Below are positions 24,674 through 38,955 of a DNA stretch of 64,000 nucleotides, in pieces. The translations under genes and the position numbers were made by a program. Origin of the DNA: Mytilus edulis (taxonomy: Eukaryota). The notes below the pieces were generated by a model. The model was not told where the DNA came from and searched no databases. It saw only the letters and a list, made by a program, of their open reading frames with translations. The stretch spans positions 45,384,001-45,448,000 of the forward strand of contig NC_092346.1 in the NCBI RefSeq assembly GCF_963676685.1, written 5' to 3'. Position 1 is the stretch's first letter, and each line of letters starts with the position of its first letter.

Positions 24674-27329
24674 GGGGCAATATGCGCAATTGTTTCTCCA
24701 TAGGCCGTAATGGTAACGTTTTCTTCTGTTGCTCAGCCCATATCGTAAACTTGTATATGTATGATGGCTTGTTTCGAAGCTGAGACATTTTTACATATGT
24801 GGTTAAATTTTCGGGGTACGAAGTGTGATTCATTTTTCCGTAATTTAGCAAACCCCGAGTATCCTTTTGCGATGTCGCTCCTAATGGTAAAAAATCCCAA
24901 TTTTAACACAATAAGTTCTTTGAAATTTTAATACTTTGAACACATTTCATAGCTCCATGGTTTTTACACATTTATTCTGTGTTCCCTTATTTTCTAAATT
25001 AACACTAATGGTTCAGCTCAGTCATTTGTTTATCATAGAAATGTGTCAAATATCACTACACAGAGATTTTTTGTTTACACGTGACTTTTGTGTTCCTCAT
25101 TTCAAGGTGCATTAGGGGTATTGTCCCATATTGAAATCCATAGTTCTGATTTTTCCAAATATTTTTAGGTGATCTTCATCGGTATGACATTCTGAATAAA
25201 TCTGTGTATTTTTGTCCATTTCTGAAAAAAAAATAAAGTCGTTTCAGCGCTATATGGCAATGACACTTTTATCGCTATATTCATTTATTTTTAATACAAC
25301 GTGTATGTATAATTAATTTCTTCCAGTATACCTTTACTAGTCAAAACAAGGACAAAACTTCTGATGATAACCTTAAATTACAATACACAGACCCTATTAA
25401 AGCATTCTATAACATTTTCTTGTGTCTTAAAGTGCATTTTGACAGAGAAATTATGCAAAAATGTAGATTTCATAAAAAAAACCACACCAAAATAACTATT
25501 CTTACTAGTGGACATCTGGTATATAATACTGTGGAAACCCCTCAAAACTACTGGGAAAGTCATTCTTATCATGTAATTAGAGTGCAATGAAGTGCAAATT
25601 TTCAAAACTTGTCCATTCACATAATTCTATTTGAGAAAAAAAGGCTTTTTACATGTATTTCAGTGAAAACCCTTTATCAATGAGAAATCCACATGAGGTA
25701 TTAAAGGAAACATTGTGACATCACACGTATTATGGCGTCATTAAATAATGACAGATCAAAATAGTGCTAAATAGAGTTTGCAGTGTTACATGAGAATCAG
25801 TTGCCGCAAGATTTAACTCGACATGTTGAGTCGAAAAGATCAGTAACCAAGCCTTTTCATTTAATAGCAAGACCATAGCAACAGTTTCCATATAAGCATA
25901 TTTCTAACATACCGACTGTAATTTCATTTGCACAAATACCATAAATAAATAATTTAGAGCTTACCTAATAAATCAAAATGCTTACCAGTTATTCAGGGCT
26001 TTTTAAAACCTTTAGTTTGTCATCTCATATTTAAAAGTAATGATATGTCTGGAACTGAAATAAGACAAAAAATTTAACTCAAACTGTGTTATCATTTAAT
26101 TTAAATACATAAGTATTATTGAGAGAAAAAAATCTAATTCTTGAAAGTTTTATCACAAAGAAAGAAAAATGCTTCTCCTTTGTGGCTTAGCCACCTTCAT
26201 TTAAACTGTTTATATTAGAAGCAATGAGTAGTAGCTAACTAGCTTAATACATGTAGTTGAATAGCAATATTGTTTTCAAGAAGGTTTGACCCTCCCCCTT
26301 TTTCACTGAGAAATGACAATATCTTGTGTTTTGCTCTTGTGCATTAACAATAGTAATTCGTAATTTTCTTAATACATGTACATGATTTTTTTCTGTTTAT
26401 TTGCATATGATATCTACTGACCAGGGTCAAATTATTGGATAAAAGCAAATGTATGATGTATCTCACTTTACTCGTGTGAAGTGTGTTATCTCCCTTGATT
26501 ATCAGCTATTCCTGTAGACCAGAGTGATAATTGCATAACAAAGACTATGTTGTGTCATGTTTACTTACAATTTATTTATATTACATGTAAGTTTTTTCTT
26601 GCCTTTTTCAATTGAATAAACAATTCATTTCGGATCTCTCGGAGGTAAACAAAGTTATGATTGTGCCTAAAAAAAGTGTTCAGCCCCGTGCCAGTAATGC
26701 ATTTAAAAGTGAAAAATTTATTGAATTTTTGCTGTTCTTTATCAATAATATTTATCAGAAATCATTTATGATAACTAGGTATAAATAAAAAACTACTAAC
26801 CATCATTTTAACAATTTTCTGTGGTGTACAAGGTGAAATTAGCTTACGATATCTCTGGATCCTTTCTTACAAGATGGGGCAATATGCGCAATTGTTTCTC
26901 CATAGGCCGTAATGGTAACGTTTTCTTCTGTTGCTCAGCCCATATCGTAAACTTGTATATGTATGATGGCTTGTTTCGAAGCTGAGACATTTTTACATAT
27001 GTGGTTAAATTTTCGGGGTACGAAGTGTGATTCATTTTTCCGTTATTTAGCAAACCCCGAGTATCCTTTTGCGATGTCGCTCCTCATGGTAAAAAATCCC
27101 AATTTTAACACAATAAGTTCTTTGAAATTTTAATACTTTGAACACATTTCATAGCTCCATGGTTTTTACACATTTATTCTGTGTTCCCTTATTTTCTAAA
27201 TTAACACTAATGGTTCAGCTCAGTCATTTGTTTATCATAGAAATGTGTCAAATATCACTACACAGAGATTTTTTGTTTACACGTGACTTTTGTGTTCCTC
27301 ATTTCAAGGTGCATTAGGGGTATTGTCCC
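24674..27329. mobile_element. Composite DNA transposon: two direct 454-bp TIR units flanking 1.75 kb, with AATT TSD (Sola-like, tentative)
   Basis: 24674-25127 matches 26876-27329, and each unit is bounded by GGGGCAATA...TATTGTCCC. AATT lies at 24670-24673 and 27330-27333. Removing the element restores the RT sequence ttcccaattgtgaac. Confidence 0.8.
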
Positions 27330-30300
27330 AATTGTGAACTTTCCTTTTTTATGTAGCAACATTCCAGCAGCTCTTGCATACGGAGTATATATCTCCTAAT
27401 TGATACGATGTTCCCGCGCTTGTATTTCCTATCATGATTTCCTTGAAAGAGGGTTGCTGCTCACAAGGAAACTATTAAAAAAAAGAGTTCCAAATGGTGA
27501 AGCTGAAATCATCCCTTCGTAAATTTTACGAACGCCATCACCAGTTGGTTCAACGTTATGGAATAATCGTTTCACAGATAATATTGGATATGTTTCGAAC
27601 GTCGTAACTACACTCCCCTTTCTTTTTCATGAATGTGACCTACAGGATGTGTAATAACATGAGCAACGCTACGGGTGCCACATGTGCAGCAGGATCTGCT
27701 TACCCTTCCGAAGCACCTGCGATCAATCCCTGTTTTTGGTGGGGTTCGTGTTGCTCAGTCTATAGTTTTCTATGTTGTTTATTGTGTACTATTATTTGTC
27801 TATTTGTCTTTTCCATTTTTAGCCATGGCGTTGTCATTTTATTTTCGATTTATGAGTCGACTGTTTCTCTGGTATCTTTCGCCCCTCTCTGGTGAAGAGA
27901 TATCGAGAGAAGTGTTTCCTATCATAATAGCCCTTTGTATTCAATCGATAGTGTATTTCCGGCCTGTTTCCTTATTTGCTTTTTTAGCCATGATGTTGTC
28001 AGTCTATTTTCGATTCATGAGTTTAAATTTCCCTCGGGTATCTCCCGCCTCTTTTTGTACACAATATGCTTTCAATAGTATATAAAAGAAATAAACTAAC
28101 TTTACATAGATCCAATTTTAATGAACAATTAAAAAGAAATAATTATGTGACGTAGTGAGACCATAAAATAGTTTTAATACTTATGATAAAACAAAAGTGA
28201 TTTAAACTTCAAATGAAAACAAAATCCAACAACAATGCAGAAGCAAAAAAATACAAATCGATGAAACCAATGAAAAGAATATCATAGACATATGGAGGTG
28301 AACAAACGGTCTTCAGTAATAGACAACCATTTACAACAAATGTCACGTACTGAATCGCGTCTAGCCTGGATAGCTTATGGTAATATCTAACTACCAAAGA
28401 ACTGTCATCATTATCAAAAACATTAATGAACAAAACATTCTATGGATAGAAATAACCGTCAAAGAGGTGGAAGATAACAATAGGATATCAAAACCCAGAA
28501 GTTAACGAAAAACTGTAAACGGCATGATTAAAACATAAAAAGAATGGAAAGACAAGCGAGAGTATACAAAGCACAACATAGAAAACTTATGACTGATCAA
28601 CACAAACTCCACTAAAGTACGGTTGTGATATCAGGTGCTTCGAAAAGTTGACAGACCCTGCTCTATATGTGACACTATCATGATTCTCACGGTTTTGTTT
28701 TCAATCGTACCTGATTGCTCATTTATTATTGGAAAGCTAAACGGATTTTCTGCCTTTGCAAATACATGTATGATGAATTTGTCAATAACATTCAGTAATG
28801 AGACAATGGTTCAACCAGAACGCATATATCAGGTATCTTAAATAACCTATATATGTTATGTTTGTCTGATTTATAAACATAGTACTTTACATGGGTCCAC
28901 CGTTCAGATTGAAATTTCATAGAATTTCAACAAATAATTAAATGTGGTATTCTAAGTATTCTAATATGGATTATATTTTCTAAAAAGACAATTGTCTTTG
29001 AGATTTCTGATATCAGATTTCGTTCTGTTATCTTAAATGATGAACTGTAAAGTCATATTTGAGAAATTGAAAACGTCTACACTTAAATTTATATCATTGA
29101 TCTATTCCTGACTTTAATCGACCTGGGATTTGCTTATATATCTTTCGGGTTTCCATATAAATATAGTTGTCAAATACAATATATATATATATATTTTTTT
29201 AACTATCTTGGAAACAGTTGGTGTATCTTTTGACTTAAAAAAGGGCAATCTATTCGAATGGAAAAGCAATAAAAGGTAGTCTAATGTTTCGACTGTGATA
29301 AAACTAGCAAATTGTCTGCTAATTGGAAAATATGAAAAATAAACAAACTTTGAAATGATACCAATTTCAATGGATAATGTAAAAGGACAACGTAATATTT
29401 CAAGACTCTTTATTGGCTTCTTATAAATTGAAAAAAACCTCTATGACATCACAATCAAAATGAGTGTATTCCACAAGACAATGCAAACAATGAATTATAA
29501 ATAGAAAAAAAAGAAACACATAGAATGTAACATATACAAAATATATGTGAAATTAAATTAAATTATCATAAATAACATAAAAAATAATCAAATGAAAAAA
29601 ATGAATTAAAAATAAAAATCGACAAATGAAAACAATACAATGAAGAAGATAGAATAAATAATGAAAAACGATAAGTGAAATAAATAAAATACAAACAAAT
29701 ACAATAATAAAACAAACATCTAGAGGTTAACATACGGCCAGCAGTAATAGACAAGCAATTACAGCAAATGTCACGGACTAAATTGTATCCTGCATAGACA
29801 TGTTATTATATCTAACAAAGCCTATCAAAGAACTGCCAACATCGCTAAATATTTAGTGTACGAATATCAAGATATACACAAAAATAATACAATGTTTATT
29901 TTGTTGTATACGGGCAAATAAACATTTTTGATAAACTTCTACATTGTACGTTGAAAACAAAATACAATCATTTAAACTTTGTGTGTTTATAGACCCTTTC
30001 TGAATTTACTTGATTTGAGAGTTTTTGTTATACCTTATAAACATTCCTTAGATTACATGTTAATAACCTTACCGTTTATCGTAAGTTTGTTTTCGATCAT
30101 TTTTTCTTGCGTGGACAAGTCATTGAACTCTCTGTCCATACAAACACGATGCATATGTCAATAACATTTACGAATGAGACAATGGTTCAATCAGAAACGA
30201 ATACATCAAGTATCTTAAATAACGTGAACGTGTTATATTTGTCTTCTTAATGAATATAATGTACATGGATACGACGTTTCAATTGAATTGTTGACCGTAT

Positions 30301-31779
30301 GTCCTAGCAATTTTGCTGACAAGTGAATGTCCACACTTCTGTCTTTATTATTGGTATTCAAGAATCGATCAAATTTACTTTAAAGGATGACTTTCTCTTA
30401 GATAATTGAAAGTCGATGTTAGTATGTGATATATTACAGAACTGTAATGAGCGAAAATATGTCTTCAATTGTGATTTTGATTCTAAAGTTTTCAATCGTA
30501 ATGTTTCAAAATTAAGACAAATAGTAAATGAAACATTAAGGATATTTTTTCTGTAAAATAACACACATTTACCCACTCTACACACTATGGGTACGTACGT
30601 TTTAGTCCAAAATGTTTGAGCTGATATACACATCACCAAATATTCACTATACAAAATCCATATCGGTACACTAACATGAAAATTACTGAATGCAAGTGAA
30701 CGATAACTTGTTATGAAATAGTCGTGTTAATACACCATTATGAAACTAGTTTAAAACATAGAAAAAAATACACTCGAAAAAACAAGGACGCACTCGAAAA
30801 AACACGGACCGCTCTCGAAAAAAATACAGACATACAAAAATAATTTACTCTTCAAAATGTCCTTTTCAATAAAAAAAACAAAAAAACAACCCAATAATTT
30901 ATGTAAAGTGTCTGTAATTCTAATGATATATACACATTTGCATTGGTATGCATATAAAAATAGCGATACTCTATATATCCTGGAATAAAGCATTATAAGG
31001 CTTAATGCACATTTTAAAACAAAGTAGTGTAGGGTTAAAAATATCTTTTTATTTTTATCAAAAATACTTATGAACTTGCATATGTTTTTTTTTTTTTTTA
31101 TCATATTCTCTGGAAGAAACGTGGTCACACTCGAAAAACCACGATCCCAGCCGGATACTTAACCTACCGTTGAATTGTGACAATTTCGAAATTCATGCCA
31201 ACCATGAGAATTATGAGCAAGATATACCCAACAGGACCTAAGCTCACCTTAATTCTTCAGTTGGTCACTGTATCTTATTTCTTAGGTTTCGTATGTAGCC
31301 TTTTTTGGGAATTTATCTATATGTTAGTTATTTTGCGTCTTTTCCCATGGCTTTGTCATTGAAAAATTTGTATGTCTTTTTTGTCTCATTTTTGTAATGT
31401 CGAACAAGATAAAATGTATTGCAACAACTTGATATCATCATGATTAAAATAAATTATAACAGCTTTGATTTACAAGTTCAGATAAATCAAAGGATAGTAA
31501 TTAAAACTGTTCATAGGACATGTAGTTTTTGAATTCTTTCAAAAACCAGGAGCCTAGAAGTTGTTTTTGAAAAGGAAAGCTTGGAACACATTTTTACATC
31601 TTCACAAAAGGTCATAAGAATTCAAAGGAATATTGAAATTTATAAAGAATAAAGCAACGACAAAGTAAAACAAACAAATAAATAAACAACTTTACATAAC
31701 ACAATCTGATTTTGTTTCAAATGTGGTTAATTAAATACAGATAGTTAACCCTTTACTGGCCTAATAATATAACCTGCTC

Positions 31780-31930
31780 ATTTCGGGGCCTTTTATAGCT
31801 GACTATGCGGTATGGGCTTTGCTCATTGTTGAAGGCCGTACGGTGACCTATAGATGTTAATTTCTATGTCATTTTTTGGTCTCTTGTGGAGAGTTGTCTC
31901 ATTGGCAATCATACCACATCTTCTTTTTAT
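31780..31930 (+). mobile_element. Family D retroelement 3' tail
   Basis: Near-identical to 12350-12500. Confidence 0.8.
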
Positions 31931-32731
31931 ATGTATTACCTAAAACAAAATAGGTAGTTTTAAGTTTTGATGTTATATAGTTTTATAGATGTTTGATGTT
32001 TCCTCAACAGACCCAAAAGTTGCTTTTAAAATGTATTGGACGGCTTAACTCTAGAATTATTTTGTTGTTCGTGTTGTTGTTCATTTACTTTTTCTGGTTT
32101 GTTTAATTTAAATTTATTGATAACATGCATATCCTATTTGCATTTAAATTAAATATCTGTTATTTATCTTGCATTGAACGTGGTTCCAAAATACAATTAC
32201 GTTATCTTACACTATGTCTTTACTCGAATTTTTTCCATCAAAAACTGTTTTTGGTATATTGATTCAATTTGTCTGCATGAACAAATGTTAAAAATTCCGT
32301 CTGATCAAATCAAGAGCGCAAGGAAGTGATAATGAAGTAGGAATATGCTGCATTTCTAACGAGAGTAATGACTATACGGATATATCATTTTCAGGATGAT
32401 TTATAAATTTAATTTTACTACGTCAGTTAATAGTTTAAAATGAACAAAATATTGAAAACCATTTTGTATACATGGTTTAGACATGATTTAAAATTGATGA
32501 GCAATACCACTTTCTGTCACTCAATAACAAGCATTTAAAAATTCCACAGATCAAAATAAATTTAAAAAAAAGATGAAATCCCTAAAACTTGGCAAAATAA
32601 ACGCTTGACTAAATCAACCAAAGAAACGAATGAAAACAACTATTATATCATATATCAAAGTGAAGACTAAGGAAACAACCAAATTAGAAGGTCTGCTTCA
32701 TTATGGTAAATTTCTTCTACATTGAAAACTT

Positions 32732-32940
32732 CAATAAAGACAGCAGTAGTATACCGCTGTTCGAAAGTCATAAATCGATTGAGAGAAAACAAATCTGGGA
32801 AAAATAACGAAACAACAGAAACACTTGAATGCAACAAAAAAATAATCGGCAATGCAACAAACACAGAAACGAACTACAAGATAACAACTGCCATTTTCCT
32901 GATTGTGTACAGGACGTTTAAAGAAAATATGATGGAATTG
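32732..32940 (-). mobile_element. Family C2 retroelement 3' tail
   Basis: caataaagacagcagtagtataccgctgttc matches the terminus at 60323. Related fragments are at 13090-13255 and 14610-14775. Confidence 0.7.
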
Positions 32941-33206
32941 TTGACAAATTAGTTGATTTAAATGTTCCGATTATCAACGACCCATTTTTCAGTAAGAACA
33001 TTCCTTTTGTCAAATCATAAAACGTTTACATATGTTAAGCTAGTGTATGTTCAAAATATATAGACCTTAATAACAAAGGTTTGTTTCTTGCAGAAAAAAA
33101 TACCAGAACAGTATCTTTTATTCTTTTTCTAGACTGAGTGTGAACTAGCAGAAGACAATATGTTCCAGTTGTCGTAACTAAATTCTCTTGTATTGGAAAA
33201 AAAATA

Positions 33207-33420
33207 AAAAGTAAAATCACAAAAATACTGAACTTAGAGGAAGATCAATTGGGAAAGTCCATAATCACATGGCAAAATCAAATAACAAAACGCATCAAAA
33301 ACGAATGGACAAAAACTGTCATATTCCTGACTTGGTACAGGCATTTTCAAATGTAGAAAATGGTGGATTAAACCTGGTTCTATAGCGCTAACCCTCTCAC
33401 TTTAATGACAGTCTCATCAA
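33207..33420 (-). mobile_element. Family C retroelement 3' tail containing a twister-like fold (33315-33412)
   Basis: Related copies at 43636-43880, 48865-48966 and 51400-51540. P5 ACUGUCAU/AUGACAGU, P3 AUUUUC/GAAAAU, P4 CCUG-UACCAAGU-CAGG. Confidence 0.7.
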
Positions 33421-33889
33421 TTTCATGACATCAGCGAGTAAGAATTTTCACCTGAATTGTTCTTGCATTAGGTAGCCCTCCACAGTAATGTGTGTGGTTT
33501 CGAATGTTTGCACCGGGGGCGTTTTTTCGATAGATAAATGTCAATGGTTCCAGAAAAGGTATCCCACATTGAATTGAAATTCTACTTTGAATCAAACTTT
33601 GGGGGAATATGTGACGTTTTCATGCCCGTTTTTAAATATTTGTGTTAATGGCAAAGCAATATATTTGTATGATATTTTAACTATTGAAAACAATGTCATG
33701 AAATAGATCGATTACATCAATATGCACATTTATGAAACAAAAAGTAAACAGAAAGCTAGGAAGAGAGCATGGTTAAAGCTTTTTTTTACGTCAATATAGT
33801 TTTTCCTAGCTTTGGAGTGTTACCTTATTGTACCTCAGAAAGTACAGAATGTCATTTATTGAGATAAATTATGCAGCAAAAACTATTAA

Positions 33890-35632
33890 GGCCACACCAA
33901 TTTAATTTCTTGTCCTACGGATTTTTGGACTCCAAAATTTGGGGCGAGCGAGCGATTTGAAAATTTTAATAAAAAAAATATTTTATTTGCAATTTTTTGA
34001 GGCGAAGCTTGAAAAATAAAGGCGAGCGATTACATTTTTTTTTTCATAAACATAAAATAGTAGGTTTTGACAATATTAAAACATGTAAAACTTGATTTAT
34101 CACTTGTACTTTGACATTTCTCTAATTTCTGAAGTATATTTTCCCTGTTCACCAAGAAATAATAAAATCTGGTCTATGTATGTGTGACTGACAATGAGAC
34201 AATTCTCCATCCAAGTCATAATCAGTTTGGGGGCAACCCCTTAATGTTATAAATATCCCTTTTACATGTTTTATGAGGGATCAATATAAGTTATAATATA
34301 TTTGTTTGTACAAAAGCGCTCATATTTTCTCAAAGAACTATATATCTATCTGGTATTAAATGGTCAAAACATGTCCAAGAATTAAACTTTTTGTAATATT
34401 CCTGGACTTTAACCATGTTAAATTAACACATTTACTTTAACAGTATAATATTATTCAAAATAAGTGGACCCCTCTTTTAGAAAAAAGTTGTTTAAAATAT
34501 GCTGCAACTCTCCTCTTTTTGAGGACAAAATTCTAAGTTTTCAAAGGTTTTGTATAGAAGAACTATACAAATCCTTGGTATTTCTGTTTTCTTTTCTACA
34601 TCAGTAAAATGACCCCTTTTCTGAGGGAGGGTTGTTCTCAACCTGATAATAACAAACAAAGGTCAAAGTACGGCCTTTTACACAGTGATTTGATACAGAC
34701 CAAACAGCAAGCTTTAAAGGATCCCAAAATTATTAGCGTACACAATTCGAACAGGAAAACCAACGATCTAATTTATATATCCAAACGGGAAAATACCAAT
34801 GAACAACATAAACAAACGATAACTGCTGAACGACAGAGCCCTGAATCAATCAGGATAGGTGCATAAACATGCAGCGGCTATAGATAGTTTTGTTTCGCCA
34901 GCATACAATATAATTGCAGTTGAAGATCGTTGAAGGCAAATCCTTCAGAAGTTCTTTGTACTTTATTCTATTACTCGATTTATTTCACTTGACTGGGCGG
35001 AGTTTAACCGGCCGTTCGCTCATAATAAACCAGTCCATCTATAGATAGGTGTTTAAGGATAAACTCATCTATGAAGTGTCCAGTCATTCTTTTGTAAATT
35101 TCTTTGATGACACTGATAGGTGATTAGAAATCAGTAAAAATTATAACGGCAATCATCCTAATCACACACATCATAAAGTAGACTGTCCTTATGCAAATTA
35201 AAACGTAAGCTCCGACCGCCCTATCAGTTGAAATAACATTGGTATAACAACGAACATTTTTTGGTAGGGAATATAAGTAAGAGGGAAAGAAACCAATTTG
35301 TTGTTTTCCGCTGATATAAATTTATATCGCAGCACTCCCACTTTGGATAAATAGGTTTCATGCTGAAAGAAATATTCTCATAGATATGAACACAGTGTGG
35401 TGGGGTGCTTTTATGTTTAAAATCGTTATATACAGGTTTATAGACTGTGATTTTAAAAACAAAAGTTGATATCTTTTTATAATATTTACTAAAAGAAAAA
35501 CGGTGCGGGAAATGGACATGATTACATTTCCGGATGCGGGAAGCGGGAATATAAAAAAAAATAAAAAAATTCTGTTTTGAAAAAAATAGGTGCGGGCGGG
35601 TCCGTCGAACAAGGAATCAAATTGGTGTGGCC
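33890..35632. mobile_element. Non-autonomous PIF/Harbinger-like DNA transposon
   Basis: TIR GGCCACACCAATTT / AAATTGGTGTGGCC, with TAA at 33887-33889 and 35633-35635. No transposase ORF. Confidence 0.78.
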
Positions 35633-37366
35633 TAAGTTTTAAATTCGTATTCTATATCCACTATGAAGGCAATACATGTAAATTTTATTGTGTATTGTCC
35701 TTAGCAAAAGACAAAAATTGATTAATAAACCTGACATTAACGGCAAAAAAGCAAAAAATAGGATTTCCATCATCAAAGTAATAACATACCTCCCATTACC
35801 GACCAATCTTTTCCTTGAAACATATTGGACCATTTATTAAAACTAAAGTAAGACATGGAAGTATCTTCAAAGATATCTCTTTGCATGATTTGTTTTATCT
35901 CACTTAATTTGTTCTGAAAATCTGACCTCAACTTGATGTCATTTTTTGGACCAGAATCAAAGTAACAATACTAAGTTTGTATTCAATTGGTTTGGAAAAC
36001 AGATACTAAATCTAGACCAATTGGACACTTGTGAGTCCATTAAAAGGCATATAAGAGTTTTCCCCAAATTTCACACTGGATGAAGTATAATCTTTAAACC
36101 TATTACATGATGAAAGGGACACTGATTTCCTATACTCTGATCAGTAGGTTTTTTTCTTCTTCATCAAACAACTGCATCCGAGAACCATCTGTTTTAATGT
36201 GATTCATTGTAACTCGAATAGCCTATTTTGTTTACTGATAAAAACACTTTAAGGAAGAGAGTTCCTTTAAGTAGTTGCCAGTCCTAGAAATATTCCTCTC
36301 ATGATTTGCATGTACACAGCTTAAGGTTATAAATCTTTATTTAGAAATTCCAAAGGAAAATGGAACAGAACTATGATTATCCAGGATATTATCTTTTAAC
36401 TTATTTTCTCTGAAGTAAATGTTTGGTTTATTAGTAAATTTTCAATTTATAATCCATTTATTAAAAGGAATAATTACAATGTGTGATATAATACATTTAA
36501 ATGCATCAGTACCTTTTACTATGATTGAATGATAATTAAGAATAATAAAATTATCGGGTATTAATGTGTTTTTGTAGAGATATTGATTAAACAACGAATC
36601 TTATCATTAATTACATTGCAAAAATAATTCAGTATGGTTCGAATTTGACAACTGTTGTAAACTTATAAATCAATCTAAAATGAAAACAAACTACAGGAAA
36701 TAAATTCCGTAATCGGTTTTTATCGACATAGAACTGTGAATATCAAATTATAACCAAAGGATGAATAAAGAGAACATTGGCGTGCTGAAGCAATGGGTTC
36801 GTTTTATCTATTGGAACTAAAAGTAAAGAGAGGACTCCAGCTGTTGTTTTCATTGTGTGTGTACCGTTTAGATATGATTGTGACGTCGAAGAGAGTACAA
36901 TTCTGAAGTGATTGATATAATGGAGTCTTTTCCACCCCGCATGTGTTTTACCAAGCAAATACATTTATAATAAGACATATATACAACATACTAGTACAAG
37001 GTTTTCATTTTTTGACGTGAGCCTTAATATCGATAGAATGAAAGCTTGATTTAATCAGAAAGACAACAAATATAGATAATTTGCAACAAACAACAATAGA
37101 TCGCCACGTTAAGCATTCTATAAATGCATAACCTGTCTTAAGTCCTGAATATTCACTAAAGGGCGAAAAAACAACTGTCCATACCAGTAACAGTCATTCT
37201 ACGGCTGATAATGTTTGTGTAAGTTATAACAGTTGGCCGTTGTTAAATTTCACTGTTGCAATTTTTTTGTAACTGTTTCAGCTTTGAAAGTGTGTGCCTC
37301 CTACATAAATCGAATGCAACAACGATAAAAATAGCTGGCAAAGTCATTAAAGGACTTATAAAACTA

Positions 37367-38955
37367 CCGGTGTTATATTGCCATTCTTCCCCCATGCCAG
37401 TTTTTTCCCCGGGGAGATTTTGGATCATTGTCATTCTTCCCCTGCGGAAAGTTGACAATACGTATACATATAGTAACTTTTCACCCATGCCAATCTTTCC
37501 CCCCATGATATAGATTTCAATATATGTATATGCATGTCTGGAAATTAAACCGAACAGTGTTAGAATTATATTTAGTTGTATACAAATTTGTTGTTCATTC
37601 AAATTTACACAAGTCTGTCTACGATTTTATCAGTCTGACAATCTGTCTGTCTATATGTCCACAAGTCTGTCTACATATTCATCAGTCTGTTTACATGTTT
37701 ACCATTCTGTCTTTGTCCCCTAGTCCGACTAGACTACATTTTTACTAGCTTTGAAATACCTTTCAGTGTAAAAAGCGAATACTTTTTACTTTCATTTTGG
37801 TGCTTTGTGTCTATTGTTTTTATGTAAGTGATTATGGTGCACCGTACTAACATTTTAGTGAAGTCAATTGCCGATGATATTTTACAGTTTTTCTTGCGGT
37901 TGGAGGAGGGTTGAGTTTAAGGCCGCCACATTATGTATGTGTTATTCCAAAGCCAGGAACATGTGACAGTGATTGTTGTCGTTTCATGTCGGTCATGTTT
38001 TTTTCGTAAATTATTTTCTTATAAATAAGTCCGTTAGTTTTGTTTCAATTTTTTCACAATTTTATGGTCGGGCCATTTTAGCCGACTATGATTTATGATG
38101 GTTTCTCATTGTGAAATGCCGTACGGTACCAGCGGCCTTTAATTACTTACTACCACGTCGAATTTGTATCATGAGTGCTGGAAAGTGTTCGACCTTATGC
38201 ATCTGTAGGGCAGGTTGGATTTTTTTTGTAGATCTTGTACAGCTCAAACTATACTGTGGTTAGTCCTTGTACTTCTACGTCTCCCGTGCTGGCACGAGAG
38301 GGTGTTCATATCTTCTCTGGGTTGGATTAAGTTTCATCCGTATCGGACTTCTTCTCCTGAATTAAAGCTTTAAGTCGACGAGTATGCATCTCTATCCGTG
38401 CTTTTGGTGAGTTCTATTACTTAGTAATTATACTTTGCATGACTTATCATGTGAAGTCATTTCACCATATTACTTTGGAGACATCATAGACGTCTGTCCT
38501 GGGGAAAATCTACTACTTGACCAGAAGTGGTTAAAGTAATTGTATTCATCTAGTTAATGATACCAAGGGTTCACGAAAGAGAATGGATGTGATCATCACA
38601 TCAGATTGTGTTTCTTGTGTATAAATATAACATATATATCTCTATAAATACCTATCAAATGTATAGTCGTACGATGACGCTTTGGTAACTATAAACTGAT
38701 AGAAGAAAAGTGACTATTCTTTTTTTTTCATAAAAAGTTCTTACCGTGACGTCGCCGACGTTATATTACAAGGCGGAAACTTTAGCTTCTCACGCTAACT
38801 GTGGGGGAAAAATTGGCCTGATCCTGGTTTTCCCCCCATAACGCTGAGGGGGAAAAGTAGGATCATGCCAATTTTTCCGGGGGGAAATATTGGATCGATC
38901 CAGTCTTTCCCCCCGGAAACTTTGGCATGGGGGAAGAATGGCTATAGGACACCGG
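37367..38955. mobile_element. Non-autonomous DNA transposon with TA TSD
   Basis: TIRs ccggtgttatattgccattcttcccccatgcca / tggcatgggggaagaatggctataggacaccgg. TA lies on both sides and there are subterminal C-rich and G-rich repeats. Confidence 0.82.

Larger units (their letters stand above)
23535..27890 (+). pseudogene. Old Naiad family B RT pseudogene interrupted by two insertions
   Basis: DKAPNNIVFMCK, MWILKNSKDLL, SIKTFDF, LPMGTNC and FRYIYDV run to 24673. The sequence resumes at 27330 (IVNFPFL...) and continues to the family B tail. Confidence 0.85.

Noticed and set aside
24673-27330. TRIM/LARD with TG...CA LTRs
   Set aside because: That reading leaves only a 2-bp TSD with no PBS or polypurine tract. 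TIRs with a 4-bp AATT TSD fit better.
35640-36500. Possible minus-strand LINE relic
   Set aside because: No motif could be read with confidence.
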